32,000 nt of DNA from Wigglesworthia glossinidia endosymbiont of Glossina brevipalpis (GCA_000008885.1 BA000021.3:270001-302000), one strand, 5' to 3'; shown: positions 9,549 through 19,951, counted from the stretch's first letter. A program made the numbers and translations. The notes: generated by a model from the sequence alone, not told the origin.

Positions 9549-10586
9549 ATGAATTATATTTGTGAAAAAATTAAATATAAAAAATTAATAAGCCCAAAAA
9601 AATTAAAAAAAATTTTTAAAATAAAAAAAGAAGAAGAATTTTTTGTTTTAAGATCTAGAAAAACTATTAGTAATATTATTAATAAAAAAGACAATAGAAA
9701 ATTAATTATATGTGGTCCTTGCTCTATTCATGATATAGAATCCACAATTGAATATGCAAGAAAATTAAATATTTTGTACAAAAAATTAATAGATAAAATA
9801 TATATTGTAATAATGATACGTTATGAAAAAAAAATAAATTTTTCAGAATGGAAGGGAATGATTTATGATCCATATTTGAATGGATTACATGATATTAATC
9901 ATGGATTAAAAGTTATTAGAAATTTGTTAATTAAGTTAATAAAAATCAAACAACCTATAGCAATAGATATATTGAATCCATTTTTTTATTATTATTTCGA
10001 TGATGTTATTAGTTGGGCATCTATTGGATCTGATCTAATAAATTCTCAAATTAGTTTAGCATTTTCGTCTAATTCATCAATCCCAATAGGTTTTAAAAAT
10101 AGTTCAGATGGAAATATAGAAAATACTTTAAATGCAATTATAAAGTATTCTAAAATTAATGAATTTATTGGAATAAATGAAAGTGGAAAATCTTGTATTA
10201 TAAGAAGCCCAGGAAATATTAATAATCATATTATATTAATAGGTGGAAATTTTCCAAATTATTTTCTTCAAAATATATATGATTGCAAAAAAAGAATGAA
10301 GAATTCTAGAATTACTACATCTATAATGATAGATTGCAACAATGGAAATTATTATAAAAATTATAATGATCAAATAGAAGTAATTAAATCATGTATTAAG
10401 TTTTTAAAAAAAAATAATAAAATAATTATAGGACTAATAATAAAAAGCTATATTAATTCTGGAAATCAGAAGTTTATTTTTCCTAAAAATAAAATAAAAT
10501 ATGGATTATCAATAACCAGTCCTTGTATTAATTTAAAAGATACTAAACTTTTTTTACATAATTTATATGAATCAATAAATATATAA
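9549..10586 (+). CDS. aroH: DAHP synthase class I homologue (AroH-like) with degenerate active-site motifs; probably catalytically dead (pseudoenzyme or decaying gene)
   Basis: 345 aa, colinear with E. coli AroG/AroH (GPCSIHD, WKG and GFKN retained; DPYLNGLHDINHGL resembles AroH DPDLNGSYRVNHGL). KPRTT is replaced by KKINF, GARTTESQ by GSDLINSQ, ILRGG by ILIGG, IDFSHAN by IDCNNGN, VESHLVEGNQ by IKSYINSGNQ and SITDAC by SITSPC. Confidence 0.8.
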   Translation: MNYICEKIKYKKLISPKKLKKIFKIKKEEEFFVLRSRKTISNIINKKDNRKLIICGPCSIHDIESTIEYARKLNILYKKLIDKIYIVIMIRYEKKINFSEWKGMIYDPYLNGLHDINHGLKVIRNLLIKLIKIKQPIAIDILNPFFYYYFDDVISWASIGSDLINSQISLAFSSNSSIPIGFKNSSDGNIENTLNAIIKYSKINEFIGINESGKSCIIRSPGNINNHIILIGGNFPNYFLQNIYDCKKRMKNSRITTSIMIDCNNGNYYKNYNDQIEVIKSCIKFLKKNNKIIIGLIIKSYINSGNQKFIFPKNKIKYGLSITSPCINLKDTKLFLHNLYESINI

Positions 10587-10654
10587 AAAACTAATTTAAA
10601 TAATTGATTTTTCAAATAAAATTTGAATAAAATTTATTTTTTAATTATATTTTA

Positions 10655-11296
10655 TTAATTAATAAAGTTATAATATTCTATAATATCTTTTATTATCAAA
10701 ACTGGCATATTATATTTTTTAGAAAAATTTATTATTTCTGGCATTCTAGCCATAGATCCATCATCGTTCATTACTTCACATATAACTCCTGCTGGTTTTA
10801 GCCCTGCTAATTTTGTTAAATCTACTGCAGCTTCTGTATGACCGGCTCTGCTTAAAATTCCTCCTGGATGTGCTTGTAATGGAAAAACATGACCTGGACG
10901 ATTTAAGTCATCTGGTTTTGCGTTATCTTTTATTGCTGTTTTTATAGTAATTATACGATCGTATGCAGATACACCTGTGGTAATTCCATAAGCTGATTCT
11001 ATACTTACAGTGAAAGCAGTTTTATATTTACTATTATTTTTTTTTACCATCATTGGTAAATTTAATATTTTACATTTTTCTTTAGTTAAACATATACATA
11101 CTATTCCGCTTCCAAACCTAATAGCTAAAGCCATCTGATTAACCGTCATATTTTCTGCAGCAAATATCATGTCTCCTTCGTTTTCTCTATTTTCATCGTC
11201 TAATACTAAAATCCCATTCCCTCTCTTTAAAGATTGTAAAGCATTTTTTACCCTCTGAACTGGATCACCAAATTCAGACAAAAGTTTTTTATTCAT
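10655..11296 (-). CDS. ribB: 3,4-dihydroxy-2-butanone 4-phosphate synthase (RibB)
   Basis: 213 aa. [38 protein letters not shown] and NRPGHVFPL...GHTEAAVDL are near-identical to E. coli RibB. Confidence 0.96.
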   Translation of the reverse strand: MNKKLLSEFGDPVQRVKNALQSLKRGNGILVLDDENRENEGDMIFAAENMTVNQMALAIRFGSGIVCICLTKEKCKILNLPMMVKKNNSKYKTAFTVSIESAYGITTGVSAYDRIITIKTAIKDNAKPDDLNRPGHVFPLQAHPGGILSRAGHTEAAVDLTKLAGLKPAGVICEVMNDDGSMARMPEIINFSKKYNMPVLIIKDIIEYYNFIN

Positions 11297-11666
11297 TGTT
11301 TAATTCCTCTACTAATATTTGATATTAAATATATTTTATATTTAAAGTACTAAAATTATTTGTCTGAATATAAACTTTTTGAAAATATATTTATAGTAAA
11401 AGAATATACCTTTAAATTTATTTTTTTTCAATAAAAAATAAAATATAAATTGTTTTTTATTATTAATTAAAATATTTTTACATTTAAAATTTATTTTTTT
11501 TAATTAAAATTATTAATGATTTAAATATTAAAATATATATTTATTATTAATTTTATAAATAAAAAAACAAAATTATAAATAAATTTTTTATTTTATTTTT
11601 AAAGTTTATAATAAAACTTAATTTGATTAAATTAATATTTTTTAAATAAAAATTTTTATTAAAAAT

Positions 11667-12878
11667 ATGAAAAAATATTTAGTTGGTGGAGCAGTAAGAG
11701 ACGGTTTATTAAACATGCCAATAAAAGAAAAAGACTGGGTGGTAGTTGAATCAACTCCAGAAGAAATGATTAAATTAGGATATAAACCTGTAGGTAAATC
11801 TTTTCCTGTATTTTTACATCCTAAAAGCCATGAAGAACATGCTCTAGCTAGAACAGAACGTAAAAATGGATATGGTTATAAAGGATTTAAATTATATACT
11901 TCTTCTAAAATTACTCTTGAAGAAGATTTAAAAAGAAGAGATCTTACTATCAATGCTATAGCAAAAGATAAAAATGGAAATTTGATAGATCCATATGGAG
12001 GGATAAAAGATTTATATGAAAAAAAATTAAAACATATTTCAAATTCTTTTAAAGAAGATCCATTAAGAGTTCTTAGAACAGCTAGATTTGCAGCATATTT
12101 GTTTCATTTAAATTTTTTTATTGATTCAAAAACTTTAAAAATAATGTCTGAAATGATTGATGAATTATTTTTTATTCCAGTAGAAAGGATATGGCTAGAG
12201 ACAAAGAAAGCTCTTCTTTGCAGGAATCCACATGTTTATTTTAAAGTTCTTTTAAAATGCGGTGCATTAAAAAAAATATTTCCTGAAATTGAAAATTTAT
12301 TTCACATAAAATCTTTTTATAATAAAAATATAAATTTAGGATCTCTTACTTTGAGAGCTCTTTATGAATCATCATTAATTTCAAATGAAATAAAAATAAG
12401 ATTTTCAATGTTATGTCATAATTTTGATAAATTTAACAGCAATAATAAAAAAAATTCCTTTTATTGCAATAAAATAAACGGAAACTTAATTTTAAATAAA
12501 ATTTGTAAACGTTTAAAATTATCAAATGAAATAAAAAAGTTATCAAAAATAGCTTTGGATCACCATGATACTTTATATAAAATTTTTTTTATCAGTGCAA
12601 AAATGGTAATAAAATTTTTAAATGATATTAATGCTTGGAAAAATCCAAAAATAATAGATGATTTAATAATAATAAGTAAATCTTATGGAATTAGCATTGG
12701 ATATAAAAAAAAATCAATGCATAAACAAGAAAAATTTATAAAAAATTTATACAAAAAATTAAATTCAATAAAAACAAAAGATATAATAAAAGATGGATTT
12801 ATAGGGATAAACATAAAAAAAGAACTTATGAAAAGAAGAGAAAATATTATTTATAATGATTTTATTATATACAAATAA
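11667..12878 (+). CDS. cca: tRNA nucleotidyltransferase (CCA-adding enzyme); intact head domain, eroded HD domain
   Basis: 403 aa. [15 protein letters not shown]...DWVVV...[19 protein letters not shown]...[11 protein letters not shown]...[14 protein letters not shown] is colinear with E. coli Cca. The C-terminal HD motifs are not conserved (CHDLGK replaced by CHNFDK). Confidence 0.93.
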
Positions 12879-12947
12879 AATATGTTTATTTGATATTTAA
12901 AAAAATTATATTAATATAGTACTATTTAAATTTATAAATATAAAAAA

Positions 12948-13166
12948 ATGACAAAAGAAGAAAATATAGAAATGCAAGGAATAGTCCTTGATACACTTCC
13001 AAATACTATGTTTAAAGTAGAATTAGAGAATAAACATGTTGTTTTAGCTCATATATCAGGAAAAATGAGAAAAAATTATATAAGAATATTAACTGGTGAT
13101 AAAGTTACGGTTGAATTAACTCCTTATGATTTAAGCAAAGGAAGAATAATTTTTAGAAGTCGTTAA
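12948..13166 (+). CDS. infA: Translation initiation factor IF-1
   Basis: 72 aa. [69 protein letters not shown] is almost identical to E. coli InfA. Confidence 0.98.
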   Translation: MTKEENIEMQGIVLDTLPNTMFKVELENKHVVLAHISGKMRKNYIRILTGDKVTVELTPYDLSKGRIIFRSR

Positions 13167-13218
13167 TTGTTAAATTAATAAAATGGTTTATTTTTAAATC
13201 TATTAATAAAAAAATAAA

Positions 13219-14144
13219 ATGAAATTAAATATTTTAAAAATAGCTACTAGGACTAGTCCTTTGGCAATGTGGCAAGCAAATTATGTAAAAAAAAACTTTT
13301 ACACTATCATCCAAAGCTAAATATTAAACTTGTACCTATTTTAACTACAGGAGATTTAATAAACAAAATAAGAAATAATATAACAAATGAAAAAGGATTA
13401 TTTATAAAAGAACTAGAAAAATCTTTATTAAAATATCAATCAGATATTGCAGTCCATTCTATGAAAGATTTTTCATCTTCTTTTTTAGATAGTTTAGGGT
13501 TAGCAGCAATTTGCAAAAGAGATGATCCAAGAGATGCAATAGTAAGTAATTATTATAACAATATTATATCTCTTCCTAATAATGCTAAAGTTGGTACTTC
13601 TAGTTTGCGTCGTAAATGTCAGCTGCTATCTATACGTCCTGATTTAAAAATATTTCCTTGTAAAGGAAATATACACAGTAGATTAAAAAAACTTAACCAA
13701 GGAGTTTTTGACGCTTTGATATTAGCAACTGCTGCATTAAAAAGATTAAAAATTAACGAACAAATGTATACTCCTATAGATCCGTCATATTTGTTACCAG
13801 CCATGGGCCAGGGATCTATAGCCATTCAATGCAGATTATATGATAATAAAATAATTGATATTGTTAGAAATATAAACAACAAAAAAACTGCTTTATGTAT
13901 TAATTCTGAAAAAATTGTAGTATCTATGCTTGGCACAGGTTGCAGAGTTCCAATTGGTAGTTACGCAAAAATTGAAAATAAAAATACAATATGGATAAGA
14001 GCATTGGTTGGATCTATAGATGGATCTAATATAATTCGTAGCGAGGGAAAATCTTGCGTGTCTAATGCAGAAAAATTAAGCAAAAAACAAGTAAAAAATT
14101 TAATTAATCTTGGAGCAAAAAACATTCTTAAAAAATTCAAATGA
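13219..14144 (+). CDS. hemC: Porphobilinogen deaminase (HemC); 5-prime end is frameshift-interrupted in an A9 run (the uninterrupted ORF is 13269..14144)
   Basis: ORF 13269..14144 matches E. coli HemC from about residue 25 onward (VPILTTGD, GLFIKELE, DIAVHSMKD, GTSSLRR, GNIHSRL, PAMGQGSIAIQCR). My translation from ATG 13219 in the +1 phase gives MKLNILKIATRTSPLAMWQANYVKK, matching the E. coli N-terminus [21 protein letters not shown]. That frame then hits a stop at 13318. Confidence 0.9.
13287..13295 (+). repeat. Sense-strand poly(A) run of 9 nt at the hemC frame break; mRNA reads GTA AAA AAA AAC TTT
   Basis: Nine consecutive A, counted directly. It lies inside the overlap of the two open frames (13257..13320). 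Confidence 0.9.
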
Positions 14145-14878
14145 CAATATTAATTACAAGGCCTTATCCACATGGACAACATCTTATAAACATGATTAGA
14201 AAAAATGGCAAAGAAGCTTGGTATTTGCCTTTAATTTATTTTACATCTGGAATAGGTTTATTATCCCTTACTAACTTTTTTAAAAAATTACAGGAAAAAG
14301 ATATTATATGTTCACTTTCTCCAAGGGCAACTAAATACGCTAATTATCAAATTTTATTAGAAAAATGCAATTGGCCTAAAAAAATAAATTACTATGCTAT
14401 AGGAAAAACTAGTGCATTTTATTTAAGTAAATACAGTAAATGCAAAGTTATTTATCCTAAATTAACAGAAAATAGTGAAAATTTATTAGATTTAATATCA
14501 AAAGAGGATGTTAAAAAAAAAATATTAATTTTGAAAGGAAATAATGGACGTAAATTTTTAGAAAATAAATTAAAGTTATATGGAGCTTATATAATAAATG
14601 TTGAATGTTACAAAAGAAATTTCATTAAATACAATAAATATGATTATTTGAAAAAAATTATAAATTTAAAAATTAATACTTTAGTTGTAACTAGCTCAGA
14701 AATTTTACATCAATTGCATAATAATATTCCTTTAAATTATATAAATTTTTTTTTAATTAATTTTAAGTTAGTCGTAGTTAGCAAAAGAATAAGTGATATA
14801 GCAGATAATTTAGGATGGAAAAATATAATAGTTTCCAAATCTTCTAAAAACAAAGATATAATTCAATCTTTATTATAA
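14141..14878 (+). CDS. hemD: Uroporphyrinogen-III synthase (HemD)
   Basis: 245 aa. MTILITRP...WYLPLIYF and ...LVVTSSEIL..L...LVVVSKRISDIADNLGW are colinear with E. coli HemD (MSILVTRP...). The ATGA overlap with the hemC stop matches the hemCD operon. Confidence 0.85.
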   Translation: MTILITRPYPHGQHLINMIRKNGKEAWYLPLIYFTSGIGLLSLTNFFKKLQEKDIICSLSPRATKYANYQILLEKCNWPKKINYYAIGKTSAFYLSKYSKCKVIYPKLTENSENLLDLISKEDVKKKILILKGNNGRKFLENKLKLYGAYIINVECYKRNFIKYNKYDYLKKIINLKINTLVVTSSEILHQLHNNIPLNYINFFLINFKLVVVSKRISDIADNLGWKNIIVSKSSKNKDIIQSLL

Positions 14879-14914
14879 AAATATTTAATAATTAAAATGT
14901 TATGTAAGATAAAT

Positions 14915-14988
<74 letters not shown>

Positions 14989-15142
14989 ATATAAGCATTA
15001 TACTAAAAAAAAAACATTAAATCTATATAGATTATTTTTTTGTTAAAATCTTTATAAAAATATTATTTTGCACAACTTGTTGATAATTTATAAATTTAAT
15101 GATTAAGTATTTATTATATATTATAAAAATCATTATTATTAT

Positions 15143-15994
15143 ATGATCGCAAAAGTAATTAATGGTAAAAACATTGCTAAAAAAATTATTAGTAAAATTA
15201 ATTTGAAAATAAAAAAATATTCTAAACTAGGAATGAGACCAGCATCATTGGCAATGATTAATGTAGGAAATAATCCAGCTTCTAAAATTTATATATCTAA
15301 TAAAGAAAAGATATGCAAAAAAATAGGACTAATATCTTATTTATACAATTTTTCGAAAAATATATCAGAAATAGATTTAATTAATTTGATAATAAAGCTT
15401 AATAAGAATAATTTAATTGATGGTATTTTAGTACAACTTCCTTTGCCCAAAGAAATAAATAAATTAAATGTATTAGAAAAAATAATTCCAAAAAAAGATG
15501 TAGATGGATTTCATCCATATAATATAGGAAGATTATGCCAGAGAAAACCTACTATAGTACCATGTACCCCTAAAGGAATAATAAGATTATTAAAGTATTA
15601 TAAAATAAATCTTTTAGGATTAAACGCAGTTGTTGTTGGTGCATCTAATATAGTTGGTCGTCCTATGAGTTTGGAATTATTGCTAGAAGGATGTACGGTC
15701 ACAATAACTCATAGATTTACTATTAATTTAAAAAAATATATTGAAAATGCTGAACTTCTTATTGTTGCAATAGGAAAAGCGGAATTCATTCCTGGTTCTT
15801 GGATTAAACCAGGCGCAATAGTTATTGACGTAGGGATTAACAGATTAAAAAGTGGAAAAATAGTAGGAGATGTTAATTATGAGGATGCCATAGAAAAAGC
15901 TTCTTACATTACTCCTGTTCCTGGAGGTATAGGTCCAATGACTATTGCCATGTTGATAGAAAACACTATGCAAATCTATATAAATAATTATTGA
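15143..15994 (+). CDS. folD: Bifunctional methylenetetrahydrofolate dehydrogenase/cyclohydrolase (FolD)
   Basis: 283 aa. Motifs [41 protein letters not shown] and [20 protein letters not shown] match E. coli FolD. Confidence 0.97.
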   Translation: MIAKVINGKNIAKKIISKINLKIKKYSKLGMRPASLAMINVGNNPASKIYISNKEKICKKIGLISYLYNFSKNISEIDLINLIIKLNKNNLIDGILVQLPLPKEINKLNVLEKIIPKKDVDGFHPYNIGRLCQRKPTIVPCTPKGIIRLLKYYKINLLGLNAVVVGASNIVGRPMSLELLLEGCTVTITHRFTINLKKYIENAELLIVAIGKAEFIPGSWIKPGAIVIDVGINRLKSGKIVGDVNYEDAIEKASYITPVPGGIGPMTIAMLIENTMQIYINNY

Positions 15995-16017
15995 TTATTA
16001 ATGAAAATAATAAAATT

Positions 16018-17409
16018 TTACAATTTAAACCATTTAGTTCCTTGTATTGTATCTTCTAGGCAAACTCCGATATATTTTAGTTTTTTTCTTTCTTCGTCTG
16101 CTTTTTCCCATTGTTTTAATTTTCTATAATTTTCTCTCTTTTTTATTATAGATTTTATTTTATTTATTTTATCTTTTGAAAATTTTAATTTATTGTTTAA
16201 ATAAGAATCTGGATTTTCATTCAAAATTCCAATTATATTAGATAAATTTTTTAAAACAGTGGATAACTGATTAGCTTTTTCTGGATTTTTATTTTTAAAA
16301 TAATTAATTTGTCTAGATATAGAAAATAATACAGAATATGCTTTTGGAGTGTTAAAGTCATCATTCATTGCATCTATAAATTTAGATGTAAATTTTTCTT
16401 TTATTGGTAAATTATAAAAATAATTTGTATTATGCAAAGATCTATAAAGTCTTTTTACAGCAGATTTAGATTTTTCCATGTTATCTACGCTATAAGTGAT
16501 TTGACTTCTATAATGAGAAGAAGTTAAAAAATATTTAAGAGTATCAGCATCATATTTTTTAACTATTTCTCTAATTAAGCAGGAATTTCCTAAAGATTTA
16601 GACATTTTTTCTTTTTTAAACATAACCATTCCAGTATGAACCCAAAAATTTACATTAAATTTTGAATTAGCGCATTTAGATTGAGCTATTTCATTTTCAT
16701 GATGAGGAAATATTAAATCAGACCCTCCTCCATGTATATCAAAAATATTGCCCAATGTTTTATCGCTAATAGCAGAACATTCTATGTGCCATCCAGGTCT
16801 ACCATGCCCCCATGGGGATTTCCAACTTGGCTCATTTGGTTTTGACATCTTCCATAAAACAAAGTCTTTTTCTTTTTTTGTTTTAAAATTAATTTTATTT
16901 TTTTTGTTGTTTAATAATTGTTTTTTTTCTTCAAATCTTTTTGATAATTTTCCATAATCTCTATATGTAGATATGTCAAAAACAACATCTCCAGTTTTTG
17001 AAATATATGCGTGTTTTTTTTCTAATAAAATCTTAATCATTTCTAATATGTCTGAAATATGATTCGTAACACGCGGTTCATTATTTGGAGGCATTATATT
17101 TAATGAATTTAAATCATATTTCATTTCTTTTATCATGAAGTCAGACAATAAATTATATTTTTCTTTTTTATGAAAAGCTTTATTAATAATTTTGTCATCA
17201 ATATCAGTAATATTTCTAATATAATTTGTTCTGTATCCTTTATATTGAAAATATTTTATCATTATATCAAAAAATACTAATGTTCTAGCATGACCAATAT
17301 GACATAAATCATATGGAGTTATTCCGCATACATAAACATTTACTATATTAGAATTTATAGGTTTGAATTTTTCTTTTTTATTTTTTAATGTATTAAAAAT
17401 TTTCATCAT
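16018..17409 (-). CDS. cysS: Cysteine--tRNA ligase
   Basis: 463 aa. MMKIFNTL...VYVCGITPYDLCHIGHART (HIGH motif), KMSKSLGN (KMSKS motif) and WHIECS are present. Confidence 0.97.
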   Translation of the reverse strand: MMKIFNTLKNKKEKFKPINSNIVNVYVCGITPYDLCHIGHARTLVFFDIMIKYFQYKGYRTNYIRNITDIDDKIINKAFHKKEKYNLLSDFMIKEMKYDLNSLNIMPPNNEPRVTNHISDILEMIKILLEKKHAYISKTGDVVFDISTYRDYGKLSKRFEEKKQLLNNKKNKINFKTKKEKDFVLWKMSKPNEPSWKSPWGHGRPGWHIECSAISDKTLGNIFDIHGGGSDLIFPHHENEIAQSKCANSKFNVNFWVHTGMVMFKKEKMSKSLGNSCLIREIVKKYDADTLKYFLTSSHYRSQITYSVDNMEKSKSAVKRLYRSLHNTNYFYNLPIKEKFTSKFIDAMNDDFNTPKAYSVLFSISRQINYFKNKNPEKANQLSTVLKNLSNIIGILNENPDSYLNNKLKFSKDKINKIKSIIKKRENYRKLKQWEKADEERKKLKYIGVCLEDTIQGTKWFKL

Positions 17410-17551
17410 CTTGTTTATTTTTAAAATAAATATAGATATTTTCTAAATAAGTTATTATTATTACTTAAATTGATAATTATAACAAATTATTGATACATTT
17501 TAAAAAATTTTTAAATATGTATTTATATATTAAAATTTAATTTTTATAAAA

Positions 17552-18298
17552 ATGAGCACATTATTTGTTTCAGATGTTCATCTATCTGAAAAAAATCCTA
17601 AATTAACAGATTTATTTTTTTATTTTTTAAAAAATAAAGCAATTCTATCACGCTCTTTATATATTTTAGGAGATTTATTCGAAACATGGGTGGGAGATGA
17701 TAATATTACATATATTTCAAAAGAACTAGCAAATATAACAAATTATTTAGCAGATAATGGAACATCTTGTTATTTTATCAAAGGAAATAGAGATTTTTTA
17801 ATAGGAAAATCTTATTTTAAATCATCTAAAATTACTTTGCTGCCGTATAAAAAAATTATAAACATAAATAAGCAATCTATTATTATTTTACATGGAGATA
17901 CGCTTTGCTTGAATGACAAAAATTATCAAAAATTTAAAAAATTAGTCAATCAAGATTGGTTGCAAAAATTCTTTTTAAAGCTACCTTTATGTGCTCGAAT
18001 CAAAATAAGTAATTTAATTATAAACAAAAGAAAAAAATTAAATTTAAAAAGAATGAACTATTTAACAAAAATAAATAAAGAATATATAAAAAAAATAATG
18101 GAACAAACAAATACTAATATAATGATTCATGGACATATTCACATGCCAAAAGTACACGTTTTACCAAATAGAAAATATAGAATTGTTTTAGGAATGTGGA
18201 ATAAATCAGGTTCTATATTAGAAATAAATAAAAAATTATCATTAATTAAATTTTCTAAATTATACTGTTCTTATACTTCGTATCCATTAAAATATTAA
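17552..18298 (+). CDS. lpxH: UDP-2,3-diacylglucosamine pyrophosphatase (LpxH)
   Basis: 248 aa. MSTLFVSDVHL, YILGDLFETWVGDD, GNRDFL, HGDTLC and HGHIH are calcineurin-like phosphoesterase motifs colinear with E. coli LpxH. The lpxH-purE-purK order matches E. coli. Confidence 0.94.
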   Translation: MSTLFVSDVHLSEKNPKLTDLFFYFLKNKAILSRSLYILGDLFETWVGDDNITYISKELANITNYLADNGTSCYFIKGNRDFLIGKSYFKSSKITLLPYKKIININKQSIIILHGDTLCLNDKNYQKFKKLVNQDWLQKFFLKLPLCARIKISNLIINKRKKLNLKRMNYLTKINKEYIKKIMEQTNTNIMIHGHIHMPKVHVLPNRKYRIVLGMWNKSGSILEINKKLSLIKFSKLYCSYTSYPLKY

Positions 18299-18354
18299 CT
18301 TTTAAAAAGTTTTATTAATTTAAAATATTATTTGTTTTATTAAATTTCAAAAAC

Positions 18355-18849
18355 ATGAATAAAAACAATAAAGTAGCAATTATTATGGGCTCTAAAAGCG
18401 ATTGGAATACATTGAAACATGCATCTAATGCTCTAAAAGATTTAAAAATTAAATTTACTACACATATTATTTCTGCTCATAGGACTCCAGATAAATTATT
18501 TGAATTTGCTGAACAAGCTAAAAAAAATGGTTACTGTGTGATTATTGCTGGAGCTGGTGGAGCAGCTCATTTACCAGGAATGTTAGCATCTAAAACATTA
18601 ATACCAGTTTTAGGAGTTCCTGTAGAAAATAGTCCTTTGAATGGATTAGATAGTTTATATTCTATAGTACAAATGCCATCTGAAGTTCCAGTAGGAACTT
18701 TAGCTATTGGAAAATCTGGTGCTATTAATTCCGCTATACTAGCTTCTCAAATTTTATCATTAAATGATTACGAATTATATATTAGATTAAAATTGAGAAG
18801 AAAAGAAAAAGAAAATCAAATATTAAATTATGAGAACTCAATTTTATAA
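18355..18849 (+). CDS. purE: N5-carboxyaminoimidazole ribonucleotide mutase (PurE)
   Basis: 164 aa. VAIIMGSKSDW, SAHRTPDKLFEFAE, IIAGAGGAAHLPGM and SLYSIVQMP..VPVGTLAIGK match E. coli PurE. Confidence 0.97.
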   Translation: MNKNNKVAIIMGSKSDWNTLKHASNALKDLKIKFTTHIISAHRTPDKLFEFAEQAKKNGYCVIIAGAGGAAHLPGMLASKTLIPVLGVPVENSPLNGLDSLYSIVQMPSEVPVGTLAIGKSGAINSAILASQILSLNDYELYIRLKLRRKEKENQILNYENSIL

Positions 18850-19930
18850 AAAAATAGTTTATGTGATTGGAAATGGACAATTATCAAAAATGTTATTTCA
18901 AGCCGGATATTTTTTGGGAATTAAGATTATTTCTATAAGCGAAAAAGATAAATTAAAAAACTTTAATTATATAAGTAATAATAACATAATTACAGCTGAA
19001 ATTGAAAACTGGAAAGAAACAAAATTAATTAATTATTTGCATAAAAATAATAAATTTATTAATTATAATATATTAATATCATTAAGAGATAGATTAAATC
19101 AAAAAAAATTATTCGATAAATTAAAACTACCTACAGCTACATGGAAATTATTAAAATCACCATTAAATTGGAAAAAAACTTTTGAAAAATTGGGTGATAC
19201 TATAATAATGAAATCTAGAATCGGAGGGTATGACGGTAAAAATCAATATATAATAAACAAAGATAAAGAAATTGAACTTGATAATAATTATTACAATAAT
19301 TTTATTTTAGAAAAAAAAATCAAATTCGCAGAAGAATTATCAATAATTGGAGCTAGAAATAATAAAGGAAGAAAAGTATTTTATCCAATTACATTTAATT
19401 TACATGATTCTGGGATATTAAGATGTAGTATTCCATACATTCATAAAAGGCATAATTTGCAAAAACAAGCTGAACAAATGTTGGGATCTTTAATGAAATT
19501 TACAAATTATATTGGAGTTATGGCAATGGAGTTTTTTTTATTTGAAAATAATTTAATAGTAAATGAAATCGCTCCCAGGGTTCATAATAGCGGTCATTGG
19601 ACGCAAAATGGATCTTCAATAAGTCAATTTGAACTTCATTTAAGATCAATATTAAATCTTCCAATCCATACTCCAAAAATATATTTTTCTTCTATAATGA
19701 TAAATATCATTGGACATAAAATTGATATAATTTTCTTAAAAGATCCTTTGCTTCATATATATTGGTACAATAAAAAAGTAAAACATAATAGAAAAGTAGG
19801 GCATATAAATATTATTTCAGATAAATATAATAAAATTAAAAAAAGTTTATTAATTTTAAAAGAAAAGTTACCATTAGAATACAAAAAATATTTATTGTGG
19901 TTAATAAAAAAAATAAAAGAAATAAATTAA
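18830..19930 (+). CDS. purK: N5-carboxyaminoimidazole ribonucleotide synthase (PurK)
   Basis: 366 aa. VIGNGQLSKML, ITAEIENW, GGYDGKNQ, EIAPRVHNSGHWTQNGSSISQFELHLR and RKVGHINI match E. coli PurK. It overlaps purE by 20 nt. Confidence 0.94.
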   Translation: MRTQFYKKIVYVIGNGQLSKMLFQAGYFLGIKIISISEKDKLKNFNYISNNNIITAEIENWKETKLINYLHKNNKFINYNILISLRDRLNQKKLFDKLKLPTATWKLLKSPLNWKKTFEKLGDTIIMKSRIGGYDGKNQYIINKDKEIELDNNYYNNFILEKKIKFAEELSIIGARNNKGRKVFYPITFNLHDSGILRCSIPYIHKRHNLQKQAEQMLGSLMKFTNYIGVMAMEFFLFENNLIVNEIAPRVHNSGHWTQNGSSISQFELHLRSILNLPIHTPKIYFSSIMINIIGHKIDIIFLKDPLLHIYWYNKKVKHNRKVGHINIISDKYNKIKKSLLILKEKLPLEYKKYLLWLIKKIKEIN

Positions 19931-19951
19931 AAATATAAATTTAATAAAACA

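Noticed and set aside
11297-11666. I looked for an FMN riboswitch (RFN element) in the 370-nt region upstream of ribB, where E. coli has one.
   Set aside because: None of the conserved G/C-rich helices or core motifs of the RFN element can be found on the ribB strand. The region is almost pure A/T, so the riboswitch appears to be lost. A covariance-model scan (Rfam RF00050) would confirm this.
14139-14144. Possible UGA recoding (UGA read as Trp, as in some tiny symbiont genomes), which could have been an alternative explanation for the interrupted genes.
   Set aside because: TGA is used as a genuine stop (the hemC end overlapping the hemD ATG), and Trp is encoded by TGG throughout. The four interrupted genes change frame rather than containing in-frame TGA codons.
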